The notes under the pieces are model-generated. The model worked only from the letters and a program-made list of their open reading frames with translations, did no database searches and was not told where the DNA came from. Of a stretch of 64,000 bases of DNA, positions 21,381 to 30,301 are shown in pieces. The stretch spans positions 1-64,000 of the forward strand of contig JANOSY010000002.1 of assembly GCA_031416075.1 (NCBI GenBank), written 5' to 3'. Position 1 is the stretch's first letter. Each line of letters begins with the position of its first letter. The stretch comes from Candidatus Tenderia sp. GTDB taxonomy: Bacteria; Pseudomonadota; Gammaproteobacteria; Tenderiales; Tenderiaceae. A program made the translations under genes and the position numbers.

Positions 21381-21590
21381 GGGGCTTGGTCTGGTTGACT
21401 CTCCTGTTTTAGTTTTCGATAAGTAACTGAGTATGAATTGCCGCAGTATCACTGCCGGTTGTACATGCGCCGGACCCCCCCCCTCACTATCTTGGCCCTT
21501 GTCGGGGCAAAGTCATCTTCATAAATGAGTGGTTCGGTTCTCAGCTCCCAGAAAATAGATCTGGCCTACCTGACAGTCTTAAATTTTCGG

Positions 21591-21616
21591 CCGCACCTCC
21601 CAAATGGGAGGTGCGG
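21591..21616. terminator. perfect 11-bp hairpin (terminator-like)
   Basis: CCGCACCTCCC-AAAT-GGGAGGTGCGG. Confidence 0.5.
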
Positions 21617-21918
21617 AAAGAAAATCGCCTGAATAGACTCCCTACGACTGATGTGGAAAGCCCCTCGCGTTGCCATGCCGCTGTCGCTCCGGCAATGGGG
21701 CAGCCCCTCATTCAACGCCATTTTATGATTGTATTTCGTCTGTTCGCGTACGGTTTTTACATGGTCGGGGCAAGGGCGCTAGATAGGCAAAGCTGGCGCA
21801 AACGGAAGTGGTTTTTATGCAGTGGTTCGACCGTAGTCAAATCCATACACGAGTGGTGTGATTTGGCTGAATTAATGGGGTATGTATTTAGGCACGTTAG
21901 AGTCGGGGGACAGATCCA

Positions 21919-24135
21919 ATGAATTCGCTACGCAATATGTTTCGGTTGGTGGGATTGTTTTTGGTTGCTACGCTGCTCACCGCGTGCGGGGGTGGCGGTG
22001 GTGATGGCGTTCCACAAACAGATACTGGACTTACGCCGTCGTCAATCACCGTAACCCCATCGCTAGGCGTCATAACTAACGCAACAGTTAGCATTTACAA
22101 GGCCGACGGCACAACCTTTATTGGCAGCGGTGATCTCGGTTCATCAGGCAAAGTGACCATCAGCTTCAACGACTACTCCGGCCCCGTTGTTATCGAAGTA
22201 GCAGGCAATGCTGCCGCCCGCTATTTCGATGAAGCAACCAACGGTCTCGTGGCATTTCCCGCCGATAAAAAATTCCACGCCATCGCCCCCACCAGCAGCG
22301 GAACATTCGCCGTTACCCTGCTGACGGAGTTGGCCTATCAACGTGCACTCGCCACCAACGGCTTCCCCTTGGTGGCCGCCAACGTCACCGCGCTCAATGA
22401 GAGCGTTCGCAAGGCGCTCATTCCAGAGATTGGCGATCTACTCACTCCCCCTACTATTTATAACTCCAGTACCACTGCCAACAGTCTTGGCAACGACGAC
22501 GCTGGCAAATATGCACTCAAACTCGCCGCCTTAGCCCAATTTGGCAGCGGCCAGGCCGCGCCCGCGTTGGCCATCATGCAAATCCTCACGCAGGATATCG
22601 GGGATGGCGTTATCAATGGCAAAGATTCTGCCAATGCCTCGATCAATGCGCCTTATAGCAACTTCTCCACTGAGCTGATGAGCAAGCTCACCTCAACAGC
22701 AGAAAGTTACGGTACGCCGGAATTAAAAACAGCGCTGGGTGGTTATCCTGCATTGGCACCGAATGTCGGTGGGGGTGGCAATGGTGCTGGAGGGAGTGGG
22801 TCACTGGCAATCGCCAATGCCCCGTCTTTCGTCGGAAACACCTTCATCGCCAGTAATAGCGAAATTGATAACTCAGATGCGTCAGAGCCATCGATTACGT
22901 GGATTAACGACAGCACCGTTATCGGCGTGGTTACAGATGGATTGACCAACAATGTCAAACTGATTGCTTTTTCTAGTTTATCATCATCGACATCAGGTGG
23001 GGCGGGGTGGGTATGCTCGAATGCTGTTGACTCCCCAATACCGTGCAGTGGAGTAACGTTGAACAGAAGCGCCGGCACCCTTACCTTGGCCAATACCAAG
23101 TTAACGGGGGGTACGAACGGGGTGATCGCTACCTACCCAGATATTACGTTAAATGGAACGCTGACTTTTACTCCAAGCAGTATTGGTGGTAACACAGGTG
23201 GTAGTGGCGAAAGCGTTAATTCCACTACCGGTAACAACAGCGCCGTGCTGAGCGGCGCGGCCATTGGCAAAGGCACCACGTCCGTTGATAACCTTCGTAA
23301 GCAGATCGCTGTGACTGTGCTCGGCCAGGGCACGCTCCCTCTCACCGTCGGCACTGCATACGCCACACGAAGCAGTACCAGCAGCTACTTAGACTACGCC
23401 TACATCATCTTGCCGGTAACCAATACCGGAAACCAACTTTTATGCTATATAGAGCTCGCAGGGCTAACGTATCGCAATGCCAGTGGTGTGGCACTTGCGG
23501 ATCCTGGCTACACCTACGTGCGTGGGTCGGTTGGAAAGCAATCAATCTTCAGCTCCAACTACTACACCAATAGCTGTCTTGCCCCCGGCGAAACGGGCTG
23601 GGTGATCGACATCGAATCTATCTACTCGAACGTCGCGGCGATGGAGTTTACCTTCGAATCCAGTTCTTCGGCTTTGAGCGCCCCCACTGCACGTGTGATT
23701 CCACAGAGTTATACGGTCAATCCAATCGCAGATGGCGGAGGACAATCTTTGGCTGTCACCGTCACCAATATTGGCTCGGGTTCGGCACAGATTTCCGGAT
23801 TTGGTAATCTGTTGGTGTTGTTTGACGATGCGATGCGACCACTGTTTTATGACGTTGCCAGTGACGTAATGCCAAGTAATGGACTCATCCCTGTGTCCGG
23901 TACAGCAACGCTTACCACAGACTACCTTGGAAGTTACTACGAAGGATCGGGGCAAAAACTGCTCGTCTTCGTAGATTTCGAGGACACCACCACAGCTAGT
24001 GCCAGGTCTTTAGCCGGCTCTATAAACCCAGCATCCGAAGAGTGCGATGCCGCTCTATCTCGAGACGAATTGAATATGTGCATCCTCGAGAGCAGAAATC
24101 GACGGATAGCGGCACAGGAGGCTTCCATGCAGTAG
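21919..24135 (+). CDS. multidomain lipoprotein (738 aa), unknown function
   Basis: Lipobox LTA-C followed by GGGGG; N-domain resembles that of 2168..5149; Gly-rich linkers separate beta-rich modules. Confidence 0.8.
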   Translation: MNSLRNMFRLVGLFLVATLLTACGGGGGDGVPQTDTGLTPSSITVTPSLGVITNATVSIYKADGTTFIGSGDLGSSGKVTISFNDYSGPVVIEVAGNAAARYFDEATNGLVAFPADKKFHAIAPTSSGTFAVTLLTELAYQRALATNGFPLVAANVTALNESVRKALIPEIGDLLTPPTIYNSSTTANSLGNDDAGKYALKLAALAQFGSGQAAPALAIMQILTQDIGDGVINGKDSANASINAPYSNFSTELMSKLTSTAESYGTPELKTALGGYPALAPNVGGGGNGAGGSGSLAIANAPSFVGNTFIASNSEIDNSDASEPSITWINDSTVIGVVTDGLTNNVKLIAFSSLSSSTSGGAGWVCSNAVDSPIPCSGVTLNRSAGTLTLANTKLTGGTNGVIATYPDITLNGTLTFTPSSIGGNTGGSGESVNSTTGNNSAVLSGAAIGKGTTSVDNLRKQIAVTVLGQGTLPLTVGTAYATRSSTSSYLDYAYIILPVTNTGNQLLCYIELAGLTYRNASGVALADPGYTYVRGSVGKQSIFSSNYYTNSCLAPGETGWVIDIESIYSNVAAMEFTFESSSSALSAPTARVIPQSYTVNPIADGGGQSLAVTVTNIGSGSAQISGFGNLLVLFDDAMRPLFYDVASDVMPSNGLIPVSGTATLTTDYLGSYYEGSGQKLLVFVDFEDTTTASARSLAGSINPASEECDAALSRDELNMCILESRNRRIAAQEASMQ

Positions 24136-24171
24136 CCACGCCGTTTTCGCATTCCTACGTTGCAGGTTAGC

Positions 24172-24299
24172 CAGGTGGGCACGCTTTTTGTGCCCACGCA
24201 GACAAACGCGGAAACAGATGAACATGACAAATAATAATCCGCTGTGGTTGATGATGGCGCACCGCGTGGGCAACCTAAAAAACGGATTGCTCACCGCAC
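24172..24299. repeat. long REPIN-like element, paralogous to 27186-27312
   Basis: GGTGGGCACG...GTGCCCACGC and GCGTGGGCAAC...TTGCTCACC arms; spacer ATGAACATG.CAAAT.ATAATCCGC shared with the second copy. Confidence 0.8.
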
Positions 24300-24333
24300 T
24301 ACTGACGATAGGCATGGCTAAATGGGGGATAAA

Positions 24334-27180
24334 ATGCGCAACACAACAGGGTCGTTAGGTCATATGTTTCGTTTGGTGGTGTTGCTATTGGCTGCAACGC
24401 TGTTTGTTGCCTGTGGCGGTGGTGGTTCCGATCCTGCTCCGATTGCGCCTGATTCCGAACCTGCAACAGGGACGGTTTCAGGGTTGGTCGTCTCGGCCAT
24501 CACCGGTGCGGCCATCCCCGGCGCAACCATTCGCGCAGGCACTGCCAGTGTGACGTCGGCGGCGGATGGGAGTTACACCTTAACGGCAGGCGTCAACGAA
24601 CGCGCCATCATCTCTATCGCGGCAGTGGGTTTTGCGGAAACCTTTCAGGTGGCCCGCCTGGCGGACGGGCTGACGGCGGCACTCGAAGTACAACTGCTGC
24701 CTGTCGGGGTGACGCAGCCCATCACTATCGCGGCGGGCGGCACGGTTACGGTGCCGGACTCCAGCGCCCAGGTCACCATTCCCGCTGGCGGACTTGTGTC
24801 GGCAACGGGTGGCGCGCCAGCGACCACGGTTAACGTATCACTCACGCCGATCAATCCGGCGATAGATTCCCGCGTCATGCCGGGAGACTTTACGGCGCTG
24901 CTCACCGGCAGTGGTACCCCGGTCGCCATTGAAAGCTTTGGCGCACTGTTGGTGGATGTACGCGACGCCAGCGGCACACGCTACAACTTGGCGGAAGGAC
25001 AAACCTCCACCATCCGCATCCCGGTGGGGTCACTCTCGGCATCACCACCCCCCACCATTCCTTTATTGATGTTTAACGAAACGACTGGCCGCTGGGTAGA
25101 GGAGGGCACCGCCACCCTCACAGGCCCCGCGCAAAACCAGTTTTACACCGGGACGGTAAAACAATTCGGTCGCTGGAACGCCGATCAGGCGATGAACACG
25201 GTGATGGTCTCAGGCTGTGTCCGTGATACTGCCAATCAACCGGTGGAAAACGTGAGTGTTAAGGCCGATGGCGTCAACTACTCAGGGTCGGCTTCGACAT
25301 ATACAGCGGCAGATGGCGGCTTCCGGCTGGCGGTGCGTCGTGATGGTCTAGTGACGATCAGCGTAACGTTCTTGCTCAATGGCAAGCCAGTGACCGCCAC
25401 CGTCAACGCAGGCCCCTTTACCGCCGATACCACACTGCCATCCTGCATTGAGACAGTACCTGTGCCGCTGGCAATCACCGCCCGGTTGCTGCCAGCAGGC
25501 ATCGTCGGCACACCCTATAACGCTAGACTAGCCGCCACCAATGGCACCAAACCCTATTACTGGAGCTTCTCCGGTGCTATGCCGACGGGTTTAACACTAG
25601 ATCAAGCCACCGGCCAGATCAGCGGTACACCCACGACAGCGGCCACTTTTAGCGGCGGCTTCGAGGTACAAGACAGCTCAACGCCCGTACAGTCAGCGAC
25701 CACGCCCTTCACCATCACCGTGACCGCACCTGCGCCATTGGCGATTATCACAGGCTCAACACTCCCGAATGGCAGCGTGGGCACCGCCTATAACGCCAGC
25801 CTGACTGCCGCCAACGGCACACAACCCTATGCCTGGAGTTTCATCGCCGGTAACTTGCCGACGGGCCTGACACTGAGCACCACCGGCCAGATTAGCGGCA
25901 CGCCAACCGTCGCAGGCACCTTCCTGTTCACGATACGGGCGCAGGACAGTTCAATGCAGTCGGTGACTGCGCCGTTCAATATCATCGTGGCCGCGCCCGC
26001 ACCGTTTGGCATTACCACATCGTTGCTCCCGGCGGGAATCGTGGGTAGCGCCTATAGCACCAGTCTGGCCGCCGCCAATGGTACGCAGCCCTATGTCTGG
26101 AGTCTCATCACCGGCGCCCTGCCAACGGGGCTGACACTGAGTTCAACCGGCCAGATCAGCGGCACACCGACCGTTGCGGGTGTTTTTCCCGTGACGATAG
26201 AGGCGCAGGACAGCACGACACCAGCAAAGTCGGCGAGCGCGTCGTTGAGCATCACCGTGACCGCGCCCGACACCACGCCCCCTACGGTTATTTCGACAAC
26301 ACCGGCCAACAGCGCTACCGCTGTGGCGATCAACAGCCCCATTAGCGCTACCTTCAGCGAAAACATGAGCGTTGCCACCCTCACGCCAGTCACATTCAGC
26401 GTGAACGGTGTTGCTGGCACGGTGACCCATTTAGGCACCACGGTCACTTTCACCCCTTCCGGCCCACTGACCACTAATACTAGCTACACCGCGACTATTG
26501 CTACGGGAGTGAGCGACGCGGCCGGGAATGCCATGACCAGCGCTTACAGCTGGAGTTTTACGACACAACAGAGCGGCAGCGACTTAACAGAAAAAATTGG
26601 GGTATGGGAAGGCGAAGGATTACAACCTGGATTTGGCACATGGACTATAAAAGTAACTATAAAAGCGGGAGAGCAGTTGATTGAATATCCGTCCCTGAGG
26701 TGTGGTGGAATTCTAACGTTGTCATCTGCCACCAATACACAACTCACCTTCAGAGAAAAGATAACCTTTGGTGGATGTGTAGATAATGGGTTTGTTGAGC
26801 TTGCCGATGAGTCGAGCAATAAACTTATCTATCGTTGGTATTATCCAGATACAAACAATAGCCAAGGAAGTTTGGGCGCGACTGGTAGTGTGACCCTAGT
26901 GACTCCAGAGGCAGATTTTTTGGCGTTGGCGAAAAAAAGCGGTTGTTTAGCTTGTCACTCCGTTGAGAAAACAGTTGTTGGTCCAGCATTGCGAGATGTT
27001 GCTAACAAATACAAAGGCGATGCAGCAGCTAAAGCAGCTCTTGTTGCTAAAGTAAAAGCGGGTGGTAATGGTAACTGGACTGCGGTAACAGGTGGGGTTC
27101 CAATGCCACCCTACTCACCACGTGTTACTGATGCCAACATCGAGAAGTTAGTTGACTTCATACTTGGCTTGGCTGGGTAA
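24334..27180 (+). CDS. Ig-repeat lipoprotein with C-terminal class I cytochrome c (c551/c8-like)
   Basis: Lipobox FVA-C-GGGG; carboxypeptidase-regulatory-like domains; 3 putative-Ig repeats; a Big_5-like domain (DTTPPTV...YSWSFTT); SGCLACH...VGPA...PMPP in the same open frame. Confidence 0.85.
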   Translation: MRNTTGSLGHMFRLVVLLLAATLFVACGGGGSDPAPIAPDSEPATGTVSGLVVSAITGAAIPGATIRAGTASVTSAADGSYTLTAGVNERAIISIAAVGFAETFQVARLADGLTAALEVQLLPVGVTQPITIAAGGTVTVPDSSAQVTIPAGGLVSATGGAPATTVNVSLTPINPAIDSRVMPGDFTALLTGSGTPVAIESFGALLVDVRDASGTRYNLAEGQTSTIRIPVGSLSASPPPTIPLLMFNETTGRWVEEGTATLTGPAQNQFYTGTVKQFGRWNADQAMNTVMVSGCVRDTANQPVENVSVKADGVNYSGSASTYTAADGGFRLAVRRDGLVTISVTFLLNGKPVTATVNAGPFTADTTLPSCIETVPVPLAITARLLPAGIVGTPYNARLAATNGTKPYYWSFSGAMPTGLTLDQATGQISGTPTTAATFSGGFEVQDSSTPVQSATTPFTITVTAPAPLAIITGSTLPNGSVGTAYNASLTAANGTQPYAWSFIAGNLPTGLTLSTTGQISGTPTVAGTFLFTIRAQDSSMQSVTAPFNIIVAAPAPFGITTSLLPAGIVGSAYSTSLAAANGTQPYVWSLITGALPTGLTLSSTGQISGTPTVAGVFPVTIEAQDSTTPAKSASASLSITVTAPDTTPPTVISTTPANSATAVAINSPISATFSENMSVATLTPVTFSVNGVAGTVTHLGTTVTFTPSGPLTTNTSYTATIATGVSDAAGNAMTSAYSWSFTTQQSGSDLTEKIGVWEGEGLQPGFGTWTIKVTIKAGEQLIEYPSLRCGGILTLSSATNTQLTFREKITFGGCVDNGFVELADESSNKLIYRWYYPDTNNSQGSLGATGSVTLVTPEADFLALAKKSGCLACHSVEKTVVGPALRDVANKYKGDAAAKAALVAKVKAGGNGNWTAVTGGVPMPPYSPRVTDANIEKLVDFILGLAG
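25465..26262 (+). repeat. three tandem ~270-bp putative Ig (He_PIG-like) coding repeats
   Basis: Repeated GTxPY.WS...LPTGLTL..TGQISGTPT; units start near 25465, 25735 and 26002. Confidence 0.9.
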
Positions 27181-27185
27181 GCCGT

Positions 27186-27312
27186 GTAGGGTGGGCGCGT
27201 TGTTTGTGCCCACGCAGTCAAATGTGGAGATGAATGAACATGGCAAATGATAATCCGCGTGTTTGATGTGGCGTACCGCATGGCCAACCCAAAAAACGAG
27301 TTGGCCATCGCG
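27186..27312. repeat. long REPIN-like element (second copy)
   Basis: GTAGGGTGGGCGCG...GTGCCCACGC plus a degenerate second arm. Confidence 0.8.
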
Positions 27313-27511
27313 CTGGGAGAGAGTGCGGAGTAGTTGAGTTTGACAAAGGTAGGCAGTGATAAGAAAGCGGCGGTTCGACAAAGTCGCCGCAAACGCTAAC
27401 GCGTTTTAAAAAAACGATCAATTGTAACCAAAGTCACGGACAATTAGCGTGGCTGAATTGGTTTAACGGGGGGTGCTATGCACCATAAAATTCCAGGGAG
27501 ACGTACTTAAC

Positions 27512-28189
27512 ATGCTAAATATCAAAGGTGTTACTACCAAGATATCTATTTTTTTATTTATATTATTTGCGCTCTCTCCCCGAATTGTTTTTTCGGAAGA
27601 TCGGCCAAAGGTGATGTTTATGATTGCCGAGCAAAATATCGGCGATAAAGTATTTACCTACTGGTGGAGCCGGTACAGCAGCAGCGTCGCCGTTGTAACC
27701 CCATTGACAGGTATTGTTGCCAGCGAGACGGGGGTTGTCAGGCAGACCGACATTCAACACCAGCGTTTCGATCTTTCAGTCGGAGAAGCCATTCTTAAAG
27801 AGGAGTTTTTGAATACAGGGTTTGATGTAATCGACATTGCCAGTGTGTCAGACAAAATCAAGGTGTCGGAGGCGTATAAGGTCATGGACCTTGCAAAAGA
27901 TGCCACGCTCGAAATCGGCAAAGATGTCGGTGCGGATATCATTGTTACAGGAAAGATCATCGCTAAACGCGGCCCAATTAATACAGGTAGCAACGTCGGC
28001 ACCTATATGGCTGACATCACCGCCACTGCATTTCAGGTAAAAGATGGTCTCGTGCTGGCTTCAGGTCGTGCAAACGATGTTGCTCGGCATGTTTCCGAAA
28101 TAACGGGAGGGAGTCAGGCCATCGAAAGGGCGTCACAAAAGCTGGCAAAAAAAATGGTTGAGCAGATGAATGCAAAGCTAAAGCAGTAA
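27512..28189 (+). CDS. exported protein with CsgG/TolB-N/FlgT-like fold
   Basis: Signal peptide; LEIGKDVGADIIVTG...ATAFQVKDGLVLAS pattern typical of this fold. Confidence 0.6.
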   Translation: MLNIKGVTTKISIFLFILFALSPRIVFSEDRPKVMFMIAEQNIGDKVFTYWWSRYSSSVAVVTPLTGIVASETGVVRQTDIQHQRFDLSVGEAILKEEFLNTGFDVIDIASVSDKIKVSEAYKVMDLAKDATLEIGKDVGADIIVTGKIIAKRGPINTGSNVGTYMADITATAFQVKDGLVLASGRANDVARHVSEITGGSQAIERASQKLAKKMVEQMNAKLKQ

Positions 28190-28233
28190 CTTCATCACGT
28201 TAAAAATAAAACAAGACTCTTGGGGAGTACGTT

Positions 28234-29010
28234 GTGAATAGACAAAAATTTAAAATGGCGTTGTTATTGGCAGTGACTTGGATTATTGCAGGTTGTGCGA
28301 CGGCGCCCCAGATTGTTATGCCTTCCAACCCTGCCAATCCCATCAAGCGCGTCGCGATTCTTCCAATGCTGGATAACTCGGATGATGTTGATGCGCCGAC
28401 TCGCATTAGAGATGAGTTCTTCAACCGCTTGGGACGATACAATTATGATATCCAGCCTCTCGCAGAAACCAATGAATTACTGAATTTCCAGATGGGCATT
28501 ACCATGGGCAAGCAGTATGACCAGGCAACCCCCCAGGAGATCGGTAAAACATTGGGGGTGGATGGCCTGTTCTACGGTTATCTGCTTGATTTTGATGAGG
28601 TCACTACCGGATTCGTCAATAGCTATAAAGTCCGTATGGGATGGAAACTGGTGGACACCAAAACCGGTAAAGTCTCGTGGGGGAAAGGGGTCGCGGTTCG
28701 AAGAACGCAATCTATAGGGAATCTTGCCGGAGCAGCGCATGCAGTTGGGTCTGCAACGGATCAAGTAGGGCTTACTGAGTCAGAAAAAGTCGAAGTCATG
28801 CCTGGTTCCAAGGATCCTATGAATGAAATGCCAGGATTAGACAAGTGGATTTCAATGGGAGACAAGTCGTCTAGCCTTGCTGGAGGCATAGTCGGAGGGC
28901 TTATGGATAAGGTGGGGGGCGGCATCATGGGCAACAGTTTAAAAAATGAAATCAAATTTGCTTACGACAATCTGTTTCCTACCATGTTGGTTGGCCCAGT
29001 AGTCAAATAA
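28234..29010 (+). CDS. GNA1162/DUF799-like lipoprotein
   Basis: Lipobox IAG-C; VAILPMLDNS, PQEIGKTLGVDGLFYG and KLVDTKTGKVSW motifs. Confidence 0.7.
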   Translation: MNRQKFKMALLLAVTWIIAGCATAPQIVMPSNPANPIKRVAILPMLDNSDDVDAPTRIRDEFFNRLGRYNYDIQPLAETNELLNFQMGITMGKQYDQATPQEIGKTLGVDGLFYGYLLDFDEVTTGFVNSYKVRMGWKLVDTKTGKVSWGKGVAVRRTQSIGNLAGAAHAVGSATDQVGLTESEKVEVMPGSKDPMNEMPGLDKWISMGDKSSSLAGGIVGGLMDKVGGGIMGNSLKNEIKFAYDNLFPTMLVGPVVK

Positions 29011-29075
29011 CCTCTGCAAGTGATGTGGTGTCGGTATCCACTAATTTTTAAATAGATCCAACAAGGGAGCAATAA

Positions 29076-30035
29076 ATGGAAATTAATAAATCAAAGGCCT
29101 TCGGTTATTTTTCAGTGCTTATCATCAGCACTCTGTTTTTTTCTGGGTGTTCGAGTATGAGTGGCGAGGTTAAAAAAGATGTGTCGCTCACGGATCAGAC
29201 CGAGAAGCTGGAAAAGGCGGGGGCAAATTACACAGGCCCCCAATATACAATCGGCATCATTACCTTGTTAAATAAAACACCGTCTAAGGTCTTGGGGATA
29301 GATGAAGCTGCAACAGATATTCTCAGAACAACCATCAAACAGGCGGGTCTCGAACCTGTCATGCTCACCAAGGATGAACTTAAACAGCATGATTCGATGG
29401 TCGAGCTGCAGCAGTCCGGGGTTGTGAAAACAGGGAAAAAGGATGCGGCGGAAGGCATGAATTCGATTGATTTTCGGGTGTCCGGCGCCATCACTTCCTA
29501 TGCTGAGTTGGCTGAAGGTAACAATTTATTAATTGCAAAAACCAAAACGCAGATTGCACGTGTCGGTGTGGATTATGCGTTGGTCGACATCGCCAGCGGA
29601 AAAACGCTGGTTGCAAAATCGGGCCTTGGAGAGTATCGCAAAGAGAATACAAAGTTTCTTGGTTTGGGGAACTCTTCATCTGCAGATGTCAGTTTGCGTG
29701 AAGGTGCGTTAAGAGATGCTATGAACAAAGCTGTCGAAGCCATGATTCTTGAGTTGAATAAGCTGCCCTTTCAGAGCAATATTCTGCTGGTCGATGGGGG
29801 TTCGATTGTTTTCAAAGCAGGCACACGGTCCAAACTCGAATCAGGCGCTCGGTTGGCGGTCTATCGTCCTGGCGAAGAGTTGATTGATCCGGAAACGGGG
29901 CGGTCCTTAGGGAAGCGGGAAAAACGCGTGGGTGAAATTAAACTCTCGAGCCATACAAATAGCACCGTTTCAGAAGGAAGTGTGGCCGAAGGCTCTGGTT
30001 TTGTAAAAGGGGACATTCTACGACTCGTTCAATAG
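29076..30035 (+). CDS. CsgG/HfaB-family lipoprotein with FlgT-C-like domain
   Basis: Lipobox FSG-C; YTGP, VSGAITSY and VDYALVDIASG motifs; C-terminal GEELIDPETGRSLG. Confidence 0.7.
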   Translation: MEINKSKAFGYFSVLIISTLFFSGCSSMSGEVKKDVSLTDQTEKLEKAGANYTGPQYTIGIITLLNKTPSKVLGIDEAATDILRTTIKQAGLEPVMLTKDELKQHDSMVELQQSGVVKTGKKDAAEGMNSIDFRVSGAITSYAELAEGNNLLIAKTKTQIARVGVDYALVDIASGKTLVAKSGLGEYRKENTKFLGLGNSSSADVSLREGALRDAMNKAVEAMILELNKLPFQSNILLVDGGSIVFKAGTRSKLESGARLAVYRPGEELIDPETGRSLGKREKRVGEIKLSSHTNSTVSEGSVAEGSGFVKGDILRLVQ

Positions 30036-30067
30036 ACTTTTTCGTATCATCTGAGATTAATTAAGAG

Positions 30068-30105
30068 ACAGGCTGTTTGTTCATAAAAAACGGCCTGTTT
30101 TTTTT
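30068..30105 (+). terminator. probable intrinsic terminator
   Basis: ACAGGCTGTTT...AAACGGCCTGT followed by a long T run. Confidence 0.7.
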
Positions 30106-30253
30106 ATGAACTATAATGAGGGGGGAGATTTGGGTTTTCCTTGCCAATCTAGGGTTGGTTGAGAAGGTTTCGCAAACACCATGGCGGTCGGCCAAAGGTT
30201 AAGCAGGATATAGTAGGATGGCATTTTCACTTAATCATGTTGTTGTGTGAGGG

Positions 30254-30269
30254 TGGCACTGTTTCTGCA
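30254..30269 (+). promoter_or_regulatory. sigma54-type -24/-12 promoter candidate
   Basis: TGGCAC-TGTTT-CTGCA gives GG-N10-GC, about 30 nt upstream of the ATG at 30302. Confidence 0.45.
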
Positions 30270-30301
30270 GGTGGGTGATTGTCGGGGGATAGTCAAACGT
30301 T

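Noticed and set aside
21410-21570. Minus-strand stretch reading EPLIYEDDFAPT, faintly like a VapC C-terminus
   Set aside because: Too short and has no start codon; cannot be supported without a search.
21780-21850. GGCAAA...CGCAAA resembling a c-di-GMP-I riboswitch
   Set aside because: The GAAA tetraloop stem and correct spacing are absent.
21611-21922. 103-aa ORF upstream of the island lipoprotein
   Set aside because: Starts inside a hairpin, lacks an RBS and motifs; more likely promoter or leader DNA.
24172-27312. Repeats after genes read as integron attC sites or CRISPR repeats
   Set aside because: No RYYYAAC/GTTRRRY core boxes, no integrase or cas genes, no regular spacers; they match GTAG-type REPs.
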